Below, in pieces: positions 10,601 to 20,400 of a stretch of 64,000 nucleotides of DNA. The stretch lies in assembly GCA_964346985.1 (NCBI GenBank), contig CAYFWW010000009.1, positions 45,083 through 109,082 of the forward strand, given 5' to 3'. The translations under genes were made by a program, and so were the position numbers. Within the stretch, counting starts at the first letter, position 1, and each line of letters opens with the position of its first letter. The notes beneath the pieces were generated by a model. It saw nothing but the letters and a program-made list of their open reading frames with translations, was not told the DNA's origin and did not search any database. Origin of the DNA: an uncultured Actinomycetota bacterium (GTDB lineage Bacteria > Actinomycetota > Aquicultoria > CAYFWW01).

Positions 10601-11242
10601 ATGAATGGAAATAGCATCCAAAAATATATAATTACCTCTGCTGTTGAGCAAATGAATGACAAAAATAGATACTCGGTTTATATAAATAATATCTACCATT
10701 GTAGCCTTTCTAAAGAGATATTTTATAAATATGACTTATCTGTTGGAGAAATAGTAGATATCCAAAAGCTTGATGATGCTGTTTTTGAAGATAAATTTAA
10801 AAGAGCCTATCTTAGCTGCTTAAACATGGTTTCTTACCGCCCAAGAAGCATTAAAGAAATTCGCACATATCTAAAACGAAAAAAATATTCAAATTCTATT
10901 GTAGAAAGCGTGATTGAGAAATTAATTAAAGAAAATTACCTTGATGATTATAAATTTGCGGTAGATTGGGTAAAGGATAGAATTAAATTTAGGTTATATA
11001 GCCGCTATAGAGTAATTTCTGAATTGAAAGAAAAAGGCATCGAAAGAGGGAAGATTGATGAGATTATCAAAGAATACTACCCGCTTTCAAAAGAGGAAGA
11101 AATTGCTGAAATAAAAATTAAAAAATATGCAAACTCTAGAAATCTGTCTTTACCGAATGATAAAGATAAAGTGGCAAAATATTTATCGAGATCTGGTTTT
11201 AGTGTGGACTCTATCTTGAAAATTTTGAATAAATTCAATTAA
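10601..11242 (+). CDS. recX: Regulatory protein RecX
   Basis: RPRSIKEI, YLDDYKFA, ELKEKGI, LSRSGF; downstream of recA. Confidence 0.85.
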   Translation: MNGNSIQKYIITSAVEQMNDKNRYSVYINNIYHCSLSKEIFYKYDLSVGEIVDIQKLDDAVFEDKFKRAYLSCLNMVSYRPRSIKEIRTYLKRKKYSNSIVESVIEKLIKENYLDDYKFAVDWVKDRIKFRLYSRYRVISELKEKGIERGKIDEIIKEYYPLSKEEEIAEIKIKKYANSRNLSLPNDKDKVAKYLSRSGFSVDSILKILNKFN

Positions 11243-11534
11243 TAGCCAAAAAGACTATTAATATTATGAATATAATCATTAATTTATAAATATTTTATCT
11301 TTTAACGGATGTCCTTAATTCTTGACTAAAGACATAAATTACCATAATATTTAAAGCACGGTAAATAATGTTGGTTGAATAAAATACGTGCTAGATATAG
11401 ATAAAAGGGAATAGATGAGAAAAAGAGTATTTTTTTCATTAGAAAAAGTTTATATAGAAATTTTATGTTAAAAAAGTAATATAAACTTTTAATTTACTCT
11501 TTTTTAATTTTATATATTTATTAATACATTGTTT

Positions 11535-11557
11535 ACCGAGCATTGCTCGGTTTTTTT
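11535..11557 (+). terminator. Intrinsic terminator-like hairpin in the rny 5' leader
   Basis: ACCGAGC-att-GCTCGGT followed by a T run, directly upstream of the rny SD. Confidence 0.65.
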
Positions 11558-11579
11558 ATTCTGAAAGGAGGTTTTTAAG

Positions 11580-13112
11580 ATTATAAGTTACGTGGCAGCA
11601 GTTATAGCTTTAGTAATAGGTTTAGGCATTGGTTTTTTCATAAGAAAATTAGTTGCTGAGGGCAAGATTAAGTCAGCAGAAAATGCTGCCAAACAGATTC
11701 TTAATGAAGCGGAAAAAGAGTCAAAGGCAAAAAAGAAGGAAGCAATTCTTGAGGCAAAAGAGAGTATCTATTCAATGAAGGAAGCTGCTGAAAAAGAGAT
11801 TAGAGAGCAACGATATGAGCAAAAGAAACAGGAGAATAAGCTAGATCAAAAGGAAGAACATTTAGAAAAAAAATTAAGTCTAGTTGAAAAGAAAGAAATA
11901 GGGATTACTCAACTGGAAGAGAGCCTTAGTAAAAAGCAGATTGAAGCTGAAAAGATTTTAAAAGAGCAAAAAGAAGCATTGCAAAGAGTTGCAGGCATGT
12001 CATCGCAAGATGCCAAAGAGATGCTTCTGCAAAGAATTGAGCACGAAACTAAACATGATGCGGCTCAATTAATAAAAAAAATTGAGAATGAAGCAAGGGA
12101 AGAAGCCGAGAAAAGATCCAAGAATATTATCTCATTAGCAATTCAAAGATGTGCATCTGACCATTCAGCCGAAACTACTGTTTCAGTAGTAAATTTACCA
12201 AGTGATGAGATGAAAGGGCGAATAATAGGTAGAGAAGGCAGAAATATACGCGCTTTTGAAAACCTTACCGGTATAAATCTGATAATTGATGACACACCTG
12301 AAGCTGTCATTTTATCTAGTTTCGATCCCGTGCGCAGAGAAACAGCTAGAATAACTTTAGAAAGATTGATTTCAGATGGCCGAATTCACCCTGCCAGGAT
12401 AGAAGAGATGTTTGAAAAAGCAAAAGATGAAGTTGAGAAACAAATCAGAGAAGAGGGAGAACAAGCTACATTCGATACAAAAATCCATGGCATCCATCAA
12501 GAATTGATAAGAGTGTTAGGAAGATTAAAATTTAGGACAAGCTACGGTCAAAATGTACTTCAACACTCATTAGAAGTAGCTCATCTTGCTGGTATAATGG
12601 CATCTGAACTAGGGTCTGATATTAAAATTGCAAAAAGAGCTGGCTTACTTCATGATATTGGAAAAGCTATTGATTATGAGGTTGAAGGGCCACACGCAAT
12701 AATAGGAGCTGAACTGGCAAAGAGATTACAGGAGAAAAAATTAATTACTCACGCTATCGAGGCTCATCATGGGGAGATAGAACCACAAACAATAGAAGCA
12801 GTTCTTATCCAAGCTGCAGATGCAATTTCCGGCTCAAGGCCTGGAGCTAGAAGAGAAACATTAGAAAGTTATATCCAAAGACTCGAGAATTTAGAGTTAA
12901 TTGCCGAATCTTTTGAAGGTGTCGAAAAGACATATGCCATGCAGGCCGGAAGAGAGCTAAGAATAATGGTTGTACCGGACAATATTGATGACGCTGAAGC
13001 AGGAGTATTGGCAAAGAATGTTGCCAAAAAGATTGAAGAAGAATTAGTATATCCTGGACAGATTAAAGTAACAGTCATCCGTGAGAACAGAGCAATTGAG
13101 TATGCAAAATAA
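11580..13112 (+). CDS. rny: Ribonuclease Y
   Basis: N-terminal TM, coiled coil, KH ([13 protein letters not shown]), HD (LLHDIGK); SD AAAGGAGG 11564-71 fits an ATT at 11580 (first canonical start GTG 11592). Confidence 0.95.
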   Translation: MISYVAAVIALVIGLGIGFFIRKLVAEGKIKSAENAAKQILNEAEKESKAKKKEAILEAKESIYSMKEAAEKEIREQRYEQKKQENKLDQKEEHLEKKLSLVEKKEIGITQLEESLSKKQIEAEKILKEQKEALQRVAGMSSQDAKEMLLQRIEHETKHDAAQLIKKIENEAREEAEKRSKNIISLAIQRCASDHSAETTVSVVNLPSDEMKGRIIGREGRNIRAFENLTGINLIIDDTPEAVILSSFDPVRRETARITLERLISDGRIHPARIEEMFEKAKDEVEKQIREEGEQATFDTKIHGIHQELIRVLGRLKFRTSYGQNVLQHSLEVAHLAGIMASELGSDIKIAKRAGLLHDIGKAIDYEVEGPHAIIGAELAKRLQEKKLITHAIEAHHGEIEPQTIEAVLIQAADAISGSRPGARRETLESYIQRLENLELIAESFEGVEKTYAMQAGRELRIMVVPDNIDDAEAGVLAKNVAKKIEEELVYPGQIKVTVIRENRAIEYAK

Positions 13113-13167
13113 GATAGATGCTTTTAGCCTGATATTGGTTAAGTAGATATAAAATTCGGAGTTGTTG

Positions 13168-14160
13168 ATGACTGAATTGCGATACGATCCGCTAAACAGT
13201 GACTGGGTCGTTATTGCTATTGAGAGAGCAATGCGGCCTGAAAATTTTAGTAAGAAGACAATCGAAGAAAAAAAAGTAAAAAAATGCCCATTTTGCATTA
13301 ATAATGAATCGATGACTCCGCCTGAAGTATATGCTTTGCGGACGGTAAAGAATAGAGCTAATTCACCAGGCTGGAAGATAAGAGTAGTTCCCAATTTATA
13401 TCCAGCATTTAAGATTACTCAAGAGGCTAATAAAAACAGAGAATTAGGCAATGCCTACAAATCGAGTCTGGGAATTGGCCTGCATGAAGTAATAATCCAT
13501 AGTCCAGATCACGAGAAACATCTTGCCAGGCTTGATATTGATCAGATAAAGCTAATTTTGAATACTTATATATTAAGGTATAAGTCAGCTGCTAAATATA
13601 GGCCTGTTGAATACATTTCTATAATAATTAATCACGGCCAAGATGCAGGTGCTTCATTGGAACATCCTCATTCTCAATTATTTGCCATACCTTTAATACC
13701 TGAGAAAATAAAAAGGGAAATATTAAACTTAAAGGAATACAAAGATAATTTTGATCAATGTATGATTTGTTATCTCAGCCAATTTGAAATTGAAAAAGAA
13801 GAAAGGTTAATCAGAGAGTGGGAAAGATTTATTGTAATTGCCCCATATGCTTCAAAAAGCCCGTTTGAGATTATGATTATTCCCAAAAAACATGATTCCG
13901 ACCTTACACTGCTTAATGATAAAGATATTAGCGAATTAGCAGAGGTGCTTAAGGATTTGTTAGCAAAGTTGGAGGATATTTTGGATAATCCGCCTTATAA
14001 TCTATATATACATAACGCCCCGGTAAAAAATAAGAATTTACAGTATCATTGGTATATCATATTAAGGCCAAAATTGACTATTCCTGCTGGATTTGAAATG
14101 TCTACTAATGTCAATATAAATGTTATGAAACCCGAAGATTCAGCTAAATTTCTAAGATAA
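13168..14160 (+). CDS. galT: Galactose-1-phosphate uridylyltransferase (GalT family)
   Basis: CPFC, RVVPNLYPA, HEVIIHSPDH, GASLEHPHSQ (HxHxQ). Confidence 0.88.
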   Translation: MTELRYDPLNSDWVVIAIERAMRPENFSKKTIEEKKVKKCPFCINNESMTPPEVYALRTVKNRANSPGWKIRVVPNLYPAFKITQEANKNRELGNAYKSSLGIGLHEVIIHSPDHEKHLARLDIDQIKLILNTYILRYKSAAKYRPVEYISIIINHGQDAGASLEHPHSQLFAIPLIPEKIKREILNLKEYKDNFDQCMICYLSQFEIEKEERLIREWERFIVIAPYASKSPFEIMIIPKKHDSDLTLLNDKDISELAEVLKDLLAKLEDILDNPPYNLYIHNAPVKNKNLQYHWYIILRPKLTIPAGFEMSTNVNINVMKPEDSAKFLR

Positions 14161-14213
14161 AAATTCGAGCTCTGGAGCGAGGAGGTGAAAAGGTGCAGAG
14201 CTCGAATTATTAT
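14157..14213 (-). ncRNA. Candidate sRNA: 13-bp hairpin with anti-SD loop (may double as galT terminator)
   Basis: Perfect stem 14162-74/14196-208; minus-strand loop CACCTTTTCACCTCCTCGCTC; upstream TTGATA-17-TAAAAT promoter with extended TG. Confidence 0.5.
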
Positions 14214-14379
14214 TGAATTATTTTATCATAAATATTAATAGATATCAATATGTCTATATTATATAGACCATATAGAATCTTTTTTTATTAATATAATTAT
14301 TTAAGCAATATTATATTTAAGAGTTTTAAAGTTAGTATTTTGTTCGCTTGATGAATGTTTAATAATTGTAATCTCTTGA

Positions 14380-14478
14380 AAAAGAAGATGAGCCTTGAGG
14401 CCAAATTTTATTTATTACCTCTGGCGAGGTTGGGCACATACAATCTTCAGGTAAGTAAAAAAAATCCTCAAGGCTCTT
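14380..14478 (-). ncRNA. Candidate sRNA: ~95-nt extended hairpin ending in a U-rich tract
   Basis: 11-bp GC stem 14390-400/14466-76, inner TTACCT/AGGTAA pairing; upstream TTGATA-16-TATAAT promoter with extended TG. Confidence 0.5.
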
Positions 14479-14680
14479 AAAGTATTATATCATTTCTTAA
14501 ATTATTATCAATGAATGAAATATTGATTTTGGTCGGAAAATAAAAAAAAGTAAAGTGAAAGTTAAGCGAACATATATATTGAAGAAATTGCTATAAAAGT
14601 TAGATTTTATATAAATAAGATGGGATTTTTTATTATTTTTATTAGTATAATATGTAGAATAGTTCTATTTATATTTTTTT

Positions 14681-14755
14681 CGGGGTGTGGCGCAGTTTGG
14701 TTAGCGCACACGGCTGGGGGCCGTGAGGTCGCTGGTTCGAATCCAGTCACCCCGA
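14681..14755 (+). tRNA. tRNA-Pro(GGG), CCA not encoded
   Basis: Acceptor CGGGGTG/CACCCCG, anticodon arm CACGG-ctGGGgg-CCGTG, T-loop GTTCGAATC. Confidence 0.97.
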
Positions 14756-14812
14756 CATTTTAATCAGAATTATTATATAAAAGAAAATAAATAGAAAAAT
14801 TGGCGTGTTTTT

Positions 14813-15775
14813 ATGATAAAAGTTTTACAAAAAACAAAAGGTAAAATAAGGCCAATAAAAGATCTTGTTGCATTAATATCAAAGAAGTCTTCTTTAAAAA
14901 AACAAACATGGATTGATATTGATGGAGAAAGTGAAGAATTACTTGGAAAAATTGGCGGTTTATATAATTTACACCATTTAGCCATTGAAGATTGCAAGAC
15001 TTTGTTTCATCTTCCAAAAATAGACTATTATCCTGGATATTTCTTTTTAGTATTCCACTCTTTCGATACAGATAAATATTATGAAGGAGAAATAATTTGG
15101 AAAGAATTAGATATATTTTTTGGAAAGAACTTTCTAATTACTTTTCATCGTAAAAATATACCGGCTATTGAAAAATTACTTAACTTTTCTAATCAAGAGG
15201 TACTTAAAGAAAATCTGGAAGATATTTTTTACTATATTTTAGATCAAACTGTGGATGAGTATCTACCATATATGGATAAAGTTTATATTGATATAGATAA
15301 TTTGGAGGATACAATAATAAAATCTATTGATTCTGGCAGCCCTGAAAGAATAATAAATATAAAAAGGAAGTTGTTAAATATCCGTAAAATCATTTCACTT
15401 GAAAGAAGCCTTATATTAGATTTATCTGAAAGGAGTTATGAGTTTTTTATCAAAGATATGAGATTTTATTTTATGGATATTTATGATCATCTCTTCCAAG
15501 TTTTAGAGACTTTAGATACATATCGAGAGATTCTTTCAGGATCAATGGATATATACTTATCATCTGTTTCAAATAAGATGAATGAAATTATGAAGGTTTT
15601 AACAATTATTGCCACAATTATACTTCCCTTAACCTTAATAACAGGTATATACGGGATGAACTTTCACTATATGCCCGAGTTATATTTCCGTTATGGTTAT
15701 TATATAATTTTAACCTTAATGTCGTTGATAACATTAGTTTTTATTTTATTCTTTAAAAGAAAAAAGTGGTTTTAA
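14813..15775 (+). CDS. corA: Magnesium/cobalt transporter CorA
   Basis: LHHLAIEDC, DIYDHL, GIYGMNF signature, two C-terminal TMs. Confidence 0.93.
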   Translation: MIKVLQKTKGKIRPIKDLVALISKKSSLKKQTWIDIDGESEELLGKIGGLYNLHHLAIEDCKTLFHLPKIDYYPGYFFLVFHSFDTDKYYEGEIIWKELDIFFGKNFLITFHRKNIPAIEKLLNFSNQEVLKENLEDIFYYILDQTVDEYLPYMDKVYIDIDNLEDTIIKSIDSGSPERIINIKRKLLNIRKIISLERSLILDLSERSYEFFIKDMRFYFMDIYDHLFQVLETLDTYREILSGSMDIYLSSVSNKMNEIMKVLTIIATIILPLTLITGIYGMNFHYMPELYFRYGYYIILTLMSLITLVFILFFKRKKWF

Positions 15776-15796
15776 AATTTATCTTATTTTGAAATT

Positions 15797-16315
15797 ATGA
15801 TATTACCAAATGCACTAACATTACTTAGGATTATATTAATTCCTGCATTCTCTTATTATCTTTTGTTTCGAGATAATATTATAATTTCATTTTCAATACT
15901 GTGCTTAGCGGCAATTACTGATTGGCTGGATGGATTAACGGCTAGAAAGTTAAATCAGGTTAGTGATTTTGGAATAGTATTTGATCCAATTGCAGATAGA
16001 ATATTAATAATCTCAGTTGTTTTGACAATTTATATAAAAATTCATCAGCCTATTCTTTTGTTTATATATGTTTTGTTTTTAAGAGAAATCATTATGCTAC
16101 TTGGTGGGTTTATATTAATGAAAAAAGGGAGAAAGGTTGAGATAATTTATTTAGGAAAACTTTCTACAGCTTTATTGTTCTTTGCATTTATAATAATGCT
16201 AATAAATAGAGATATTGGATTACTTTTATTTTACATTGGCTTCTTAATGTCAATTTATTCAGGATTTTTGTACGGACAAAGGTTTATCAAAAAATTCTTG
16301 AGCTCTAAATTATAA
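15797..16315 (+). CDS. CDP-alcohol phosphatidyltransferase (PgsA2-like)
   Basis: PNALTLLR, DWLDGLTAR, DPIADR. Confidence 0.88.
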   Translation: MILPNALTLLRIILIPAFSYYLLFRDNIIISFSILCLAAITDWLDGLTARKLNQVSDFGIVFDPIADRILIISVVLTIYIKIHQPILLFIYVLFLREIIMLLGGFILMKKGRKVEIIYLGKLSTALLFFAFIIMLINRDIGLLLFYIGFLMSIYSGFLYGQRFIKKFLSSKL

Positions 16316-16388
16316 TTTTCCTTTGTATATAAATTTTATAAAGTATAAAATAAAGTCTCAATTAAATTTAGATAAGGAGATTCTACAA

Positions 16389-18893
16389 ATGAAAGCTGTA
16401 GTAATGGCAGGAGGAGAGGGGTCTAGGCTCAGACCACTAACTAGCAACTTGCCAAAACCTATGGTTCCTATTGTTAATAGGCCCTGTATGGAATATATTC
16501 TCGTTCTGTTAAAAAACTTTGGAATTACAGAAATTGTAGCCACCCTTCAGTTTTTACCTCAAATGATAAAGAATTATTTTAGTGATGGCTCATCTCTAGG
16601 CGTTAATATGTCCTATTCTATTGAGGATAGCCCATTGGGTACAGCCGGAAGTGTAAAGAATGCCGAAGATCATCTTAAGGAAAGATTTATTGTCATTAGC
16701 GGAGACGCTTTAACGGATATTAATCTTTCAGAAGCAGTAAAGTTTCATGCGGATAAAGGTTCTATGGCGACGATAATCTTAAAGAGAGTTAAAAATCCGC
16801 TGGAATTCGGTGTAATTGTTACTACTGAGGATGGTAAAATAGAACGTTTTTTAGAAAAACCAACCTGGGGACAAGTTTTTAGTGACACAGTAAATACCGG
16901 AATATATATTCTGGAGCCGGAAATTTTTGAAATGATACCTAAGAATCAAATATTTGATTTCAGCAAAGATTTATTTCCAATGATGCTTGATAAGAAAATG
17001 CCGCTCTATGGTTATGTAGGAGAAGGATACTGGGCAGATATTGGCAATATTGAGCAATATAAACAAGCCAACTTTGATGTTCTTCAAAGAAAAATAAATG
17101 TTGAACCGCCAGGCATAAAAATGTTGGAAGATATTTGGATTGGAGAAGGTGCTTCAATACATCCATCGGTTAATTTACAAGGCCCAACAGTAATAGGGCA
17201 ATATTCTGAAATTAGAGCCGGGGTTGATTTAAAAGAGTTTACTATTCTCGGAGATAATGTTGTGGTTGATAATTATAGTCATACGCACAGGATTATTGTT
17301 ATGTCTAATTCGTATATAGGAAAACATAGCAATATCCATAACGGCATAATAGGGAAAAATTGTGATGTTAAAAATTCTGTCCGGATAGCACCGGGTGCAG
17401 CCATCGGTGATGATTGCCTAATTGGCGATAACGCAATTATAAACAACGATGTCAAAATTTATCCTTTTAAAGAAGTTGAAGACGGCGCTACAATTAACCA
17501 AAGCATTATCTGGGAGACACGTGGAGCCAGAACTTTATTTGGAAAACAAGGCATAACTGGTTTAATTAATATTGACATTACTCCTAATAAGGCTATGCGT
17601 ATTGCTCAAGCCTGGGCAACATTACTAGATAAAGGATCTGCAGTTATTGCCAGTCGAGATTCAAATAGAGCTTCAAGGATGATAAAGAATGCAATAATAG
17701 CAGGCTTAAATTCATCAGGAATTAGTTGTAGAGATTTAAGAGTTGCCCCGACTCCAGTTAATAGATATAGAGTTCAGACAACAAGATGTCTCGGTGGTGT
17801 TCATGTTCGAATATCTCCTTTTGATCCACAAACTATACAAATATTAGTTTTCGATAAAAATGGTATCGATGTTAGTGAAAGTATACAGCGGAATATTGAG
17901 CGATATTTCTTTAGGGAGGATTTTAGAAGAGGCTATTTTAATGAGATTGGAGAGATAATATATCCTCCCCGGACCAGTGAGTATTATACCAACGGACTAT
18001 TAAACTTGATTGATAAAGAATTGATAAACGAAAAAAAATTCAAGGTCGTTGTTGATTATTCCTATGGCAGCTCTTCGCTTATACTTCCTTATATTTTTAG
18101 CAAAATGGATGTGGATGTAATTTCCTTTAATGCATATGCTAATGAAGAAAAAACGACAATTACAACTGAGGAATTAGAATTATCTAAAAGCTCTGTAACC
18201 AAGGCAATAAATACTTTTAAAGCTGATTTTGGTGTGATTATTGATAGCGCTAGTGAGAAAATGATAGTTTTTGATGAAACTGGCGCACAAATCTCATTTG
18301 ATGATGTTTTAATGATGATGATAAAACTTGTCTGTCTTTATGAAAAGAAAAAAGGAAAGATTGCTATACCTTTATCAATTTCTACGAAACTGGATATGCT
18401 GGTAGAAGAATTTGGACGAAAATTAATTTGGACGAAAGTGTCATCTTATTCTTTAATGGAAGCAGCAATTCGTCCTGATGTTGTTTTTGTGGGAGCTCAG
18501 GGTGGAGGATATATATTCTCTCAATTTACCAAGTCATATGATGCCATTTTCAGTTTATTCAAGTTGTTGGAATATCTGGCTAAAAGTGAAATGAAAATCT
18601 CACAGATTGTAAAAAGCCTCCCGAATTATTATCTTTCAATAGATAAAGTCAGGTGTCCTTTTGAAAAAAAAGGATTAGTAATGAGAAAAATTATGGAGGA
18701 TTATGCTGATGAGGATATTGAATTGATTGATGGAGTCAAAGTATACATAAATGGCAGAAAAGAATGGATTTTAATCATTCCAGATACTTCTGAGCCTTAT
18801 GTTAGGTTATATAGTGAAGGTAGTACAAAAAAGAAAGCCGATGCAATATTGAAAGACTTAGTTGTCAAAATAGAGGGCATAATCAAAGATTAA
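16389..18893 (+). CDS. Mannose-1-phosphate guanylyltransferase with hexapeptide repeats and a degenerate phosphomannomutase domain
   Basis: MAGGEGSRLRPLT, PKPMVP, FLEKP; left-handed beta-helix; PMM fold lacking the TASHNP/DGDxDR motifs; SD AAGGAG before ATG 16389. Confidence 0.88.
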   Translation: MKAVVMAGGEGSRLRPLTSNLPKPMVPIVNRPCMEYILVLLKNFGITEIVATLQFLPQMIKNYFSDGSSLGVNMSYSIEDSPLGTAGSVKNAEDHLKERFIVISGDALTDINLSEAVKFHADKGSMATIILKRVKNPLEFGVIVTTEDGKIERFLEKPTWGQVFSDTVNTGIYILEPEIFEMIPKNQIFDFSKDLFPMMLDKKMPLYGYVGEGYWADIGNIEQYKQANFDVLQRKINVEPPGIKMLEDIWIGEGASIHPSVNLQGPTVIGQYSEIRAGVDLKEFTILGDNVVVDNYSHTHRIIVMSNSYIGKHSNIHNGIIGKNCDVKNSVRIAPGAAIGDDCLIGDNAIINNDVKIYPFKEVEDGATINQSIIWETRGARTLFGKQGITGLINIDITPNKAMRIAQAWATLLDKGSAVIASRDSNRASRMIKNAIIAGLNSSGISCRDLRVAPTPVNRYRVQTTRCLGGVHVRISPFDPQTIQILVFDKNGIDVSESIQRNIERYFFREDFRRGYFNEIGEIIYPPRTSEYYTNGLLNLIDKELINEKKFKVVVDYSYGSSSLILPYIFSKMDVDVISFNAYANEEKTTITTEELELSKSSVTKAINTFKADFGVIIDSASEKMIVFDETGAQISFDDVLMMMIKLVCLYEKKKGKIAIPLSISTKLDMLVEEFGRKLIWTKVSSYSLMEAAIRPDVVFVGAQGGGYIFSQFTKSYDAIFSLFKLLEYLAKSEMKISQIVKSLPNYYLSIDKVRCPFEKKGLVMRKIMEDYADEDIELIDGVKVYINGRKEWILIIPDTSEPYVRLYSEGSTKKKADAILKDLVVKIEGIIKD

Positions 18894-18901
18894 GGTATGA
18901 T

Positions 18902-20314
18902 ATGAGCATAAAATTTGGTACTGATGGCTGGCGAGCTATAATGGCTGAAGGATTTACTTTTGAGAATCTAAAATTAGTAGCTCAAGCTGTTTGTAATTAT
19001 TATAGAAATAACTTTTCAAGTGATAGGCCTCTTATAGTAGGTCATGATACACGTTTTTTCGCGGAAGAGTTTTCAAAAATTGTTCAGGGTGTGATTACAG
19101 GCAATGGATTAAAAGCAATTGTTTTTTCGAGACCTATGCCTACACCGATTACAGCTTTTTCCATAAAGAGCAGAGAAGCAGGTGGAGCATTTATGCTGAC
19201 AGCCAGCCATAATCCGCCAGCTTACAATGGATTAAAATTTATACCAGACTATGCCGGACCAGCTTCTCCAGAAATAACAGAACAAATAGAAAAAGAAATA
19301 AAAGCACTTCTTGATGGAAAAGAGATTAATTATGAAGGTGACTTAAAAAGACAATCTGAGGTTTATGATCCTTTACCAGATTATAAACAAGCCTTAAGGA
19401 ATCTTGTTGATTTTAAAAGATTTGAAGAAATTGACATTAAGATAGGCGTCGATCCTATTTTTGGAGCAGGACAAGGAATATTGTCTGATATTTTAAAAGA
19501 AGCAGGAGCCAAAGTATCTTCAATTCATGAAAACCGTGACGTTTTGTTTGGTGGGGGTCTGCCTGATCCTTCTGAGGAAAGATTGAATGAACTAAAACAA
19601 CTTGTTAAAAATAAGCAGCTAGCTGTCGGTTTAGCCTTAGATGGTGATGCGGATAGGTTTGCCGCAATAGATGAAAAAGGAATTTACTATTCTCCAAATA
19701 AGATTATTCCTATGATTATGAGATTCTTAATTGAGAATAAAAAAATGTCAGGAAAAGCTGTAAGAACAGTTGCTACAACACATCTAATTGATGCAATAGC
19801 TATAGAGAATAATCTCCCCTTAATTGAAGTTCCGGTTGGTTTTAAATATATATGCCATGAGATGATAAATAATAATTTTCTAATCGGTGGTGAGGAAAGT
19901 GGAGGATTAAGCATAAAAGGCCATATTCCAGAAAAAGATGGAATATTAGCCAGCCTACTTTTGGCTGAAATTTCTACATTTCACGAAATAGGTAACTATC
20001 TTGCTAATATATATAATGATTATGGAAATTTCAGGAATAAGAGAATAGATCTTGAAATTGAAGAAACTGAAAAACAGGAATTATTGAGAAGACTAAAAGA
20101 GAAACCATTGGGAGAAGTATCAGGTCAAAAAGTTACAAAAGTAATTGATATTGATGGTTTCAAATTTATCACTGAAAGTAATGACTGGCTACTTGTAAGA
20201 CCTTCTGGAACTGAGCCAATTATTAGGATTTATATAGAATCCACAGATATGGATAGATTTAAAGATTTATCTAACTATGCCCAAAACCTTCTTAATAATG
20301 TTCCAATGCAATAA
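18902..20314 (+). CDS. Phosphoglucomutase/phosphomannomutase
   Basis: KFGTDGWR, TASHNP, DGDADR, GGEESGG, RPSGTEP. Confidence 0.93.
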   Translation: MSIKFGTDGWRAIMAEGFTFENLKLVAQAVCNYYRNNFSSDRPLIVGHDTRFFAEEFSKIVQGVITGNGLKAIVFSRPMPTPITAFSIKSREAGGAFMLTASHNPPAYNGLKFIPDYAGPASPEITEQIEKEIKALLDGKEINYEGDLKRQSEVYDPLPDYKQALRNLVDFKRFEEIDIKIGVDPIFGAGQGILSDILKEAGAKVSSIHENRDVLFGGGLPDPSEERLNELKQLVKNKQLAVGLALDGDADRFAAIDEKGIYYSPNKIIPMIMRFLIENKKMSGKAVRTVATTHLIDAIAIENNLPLIEVPVGFKYICHEMINNNFLIGGEESGGLSIKGHIPEKDGILASLLLAEISTFHEIGNYLANIYNDYGNFRNKRIDLEIEETEKQELLRRLKEKPLGEVSGQKVTKVIDIDGFKFITESNDWLLVRPSGTEPIIRIYIESTDMDRFKDLSNYAQNLLNNVPMQ

Positions 20315-20400
20315 TTTCATAAATTAATACTTTTTTATTTCACTTTTCAGAAAAAAATTTCCCTGATAAAATTTAAAAATAATTTAATGAGGGATCTATA

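Noticed and set aside
14193..14216. 7-codon + strand ORF (GTG...TGA) after the AGGAGGTG in the hairpin loop
   Set aside because: Too short and partly buried in the stem; the minus-strand promoter explains the element better
14341..14572. 9-bp inverted repeat TGTTCGCTT...AAGCGAACA resembling LexA half-sites or MITE ends
   Set aside because: Neither copy has a matching second half-site, and I saw no target-site duplication; probably chance
14681..14812. tRNA-Pro as a possible integration site for an island
   Set aside because: No integrase and no repeat of the tRNA 3' end seen; downstream genes are housekeeping
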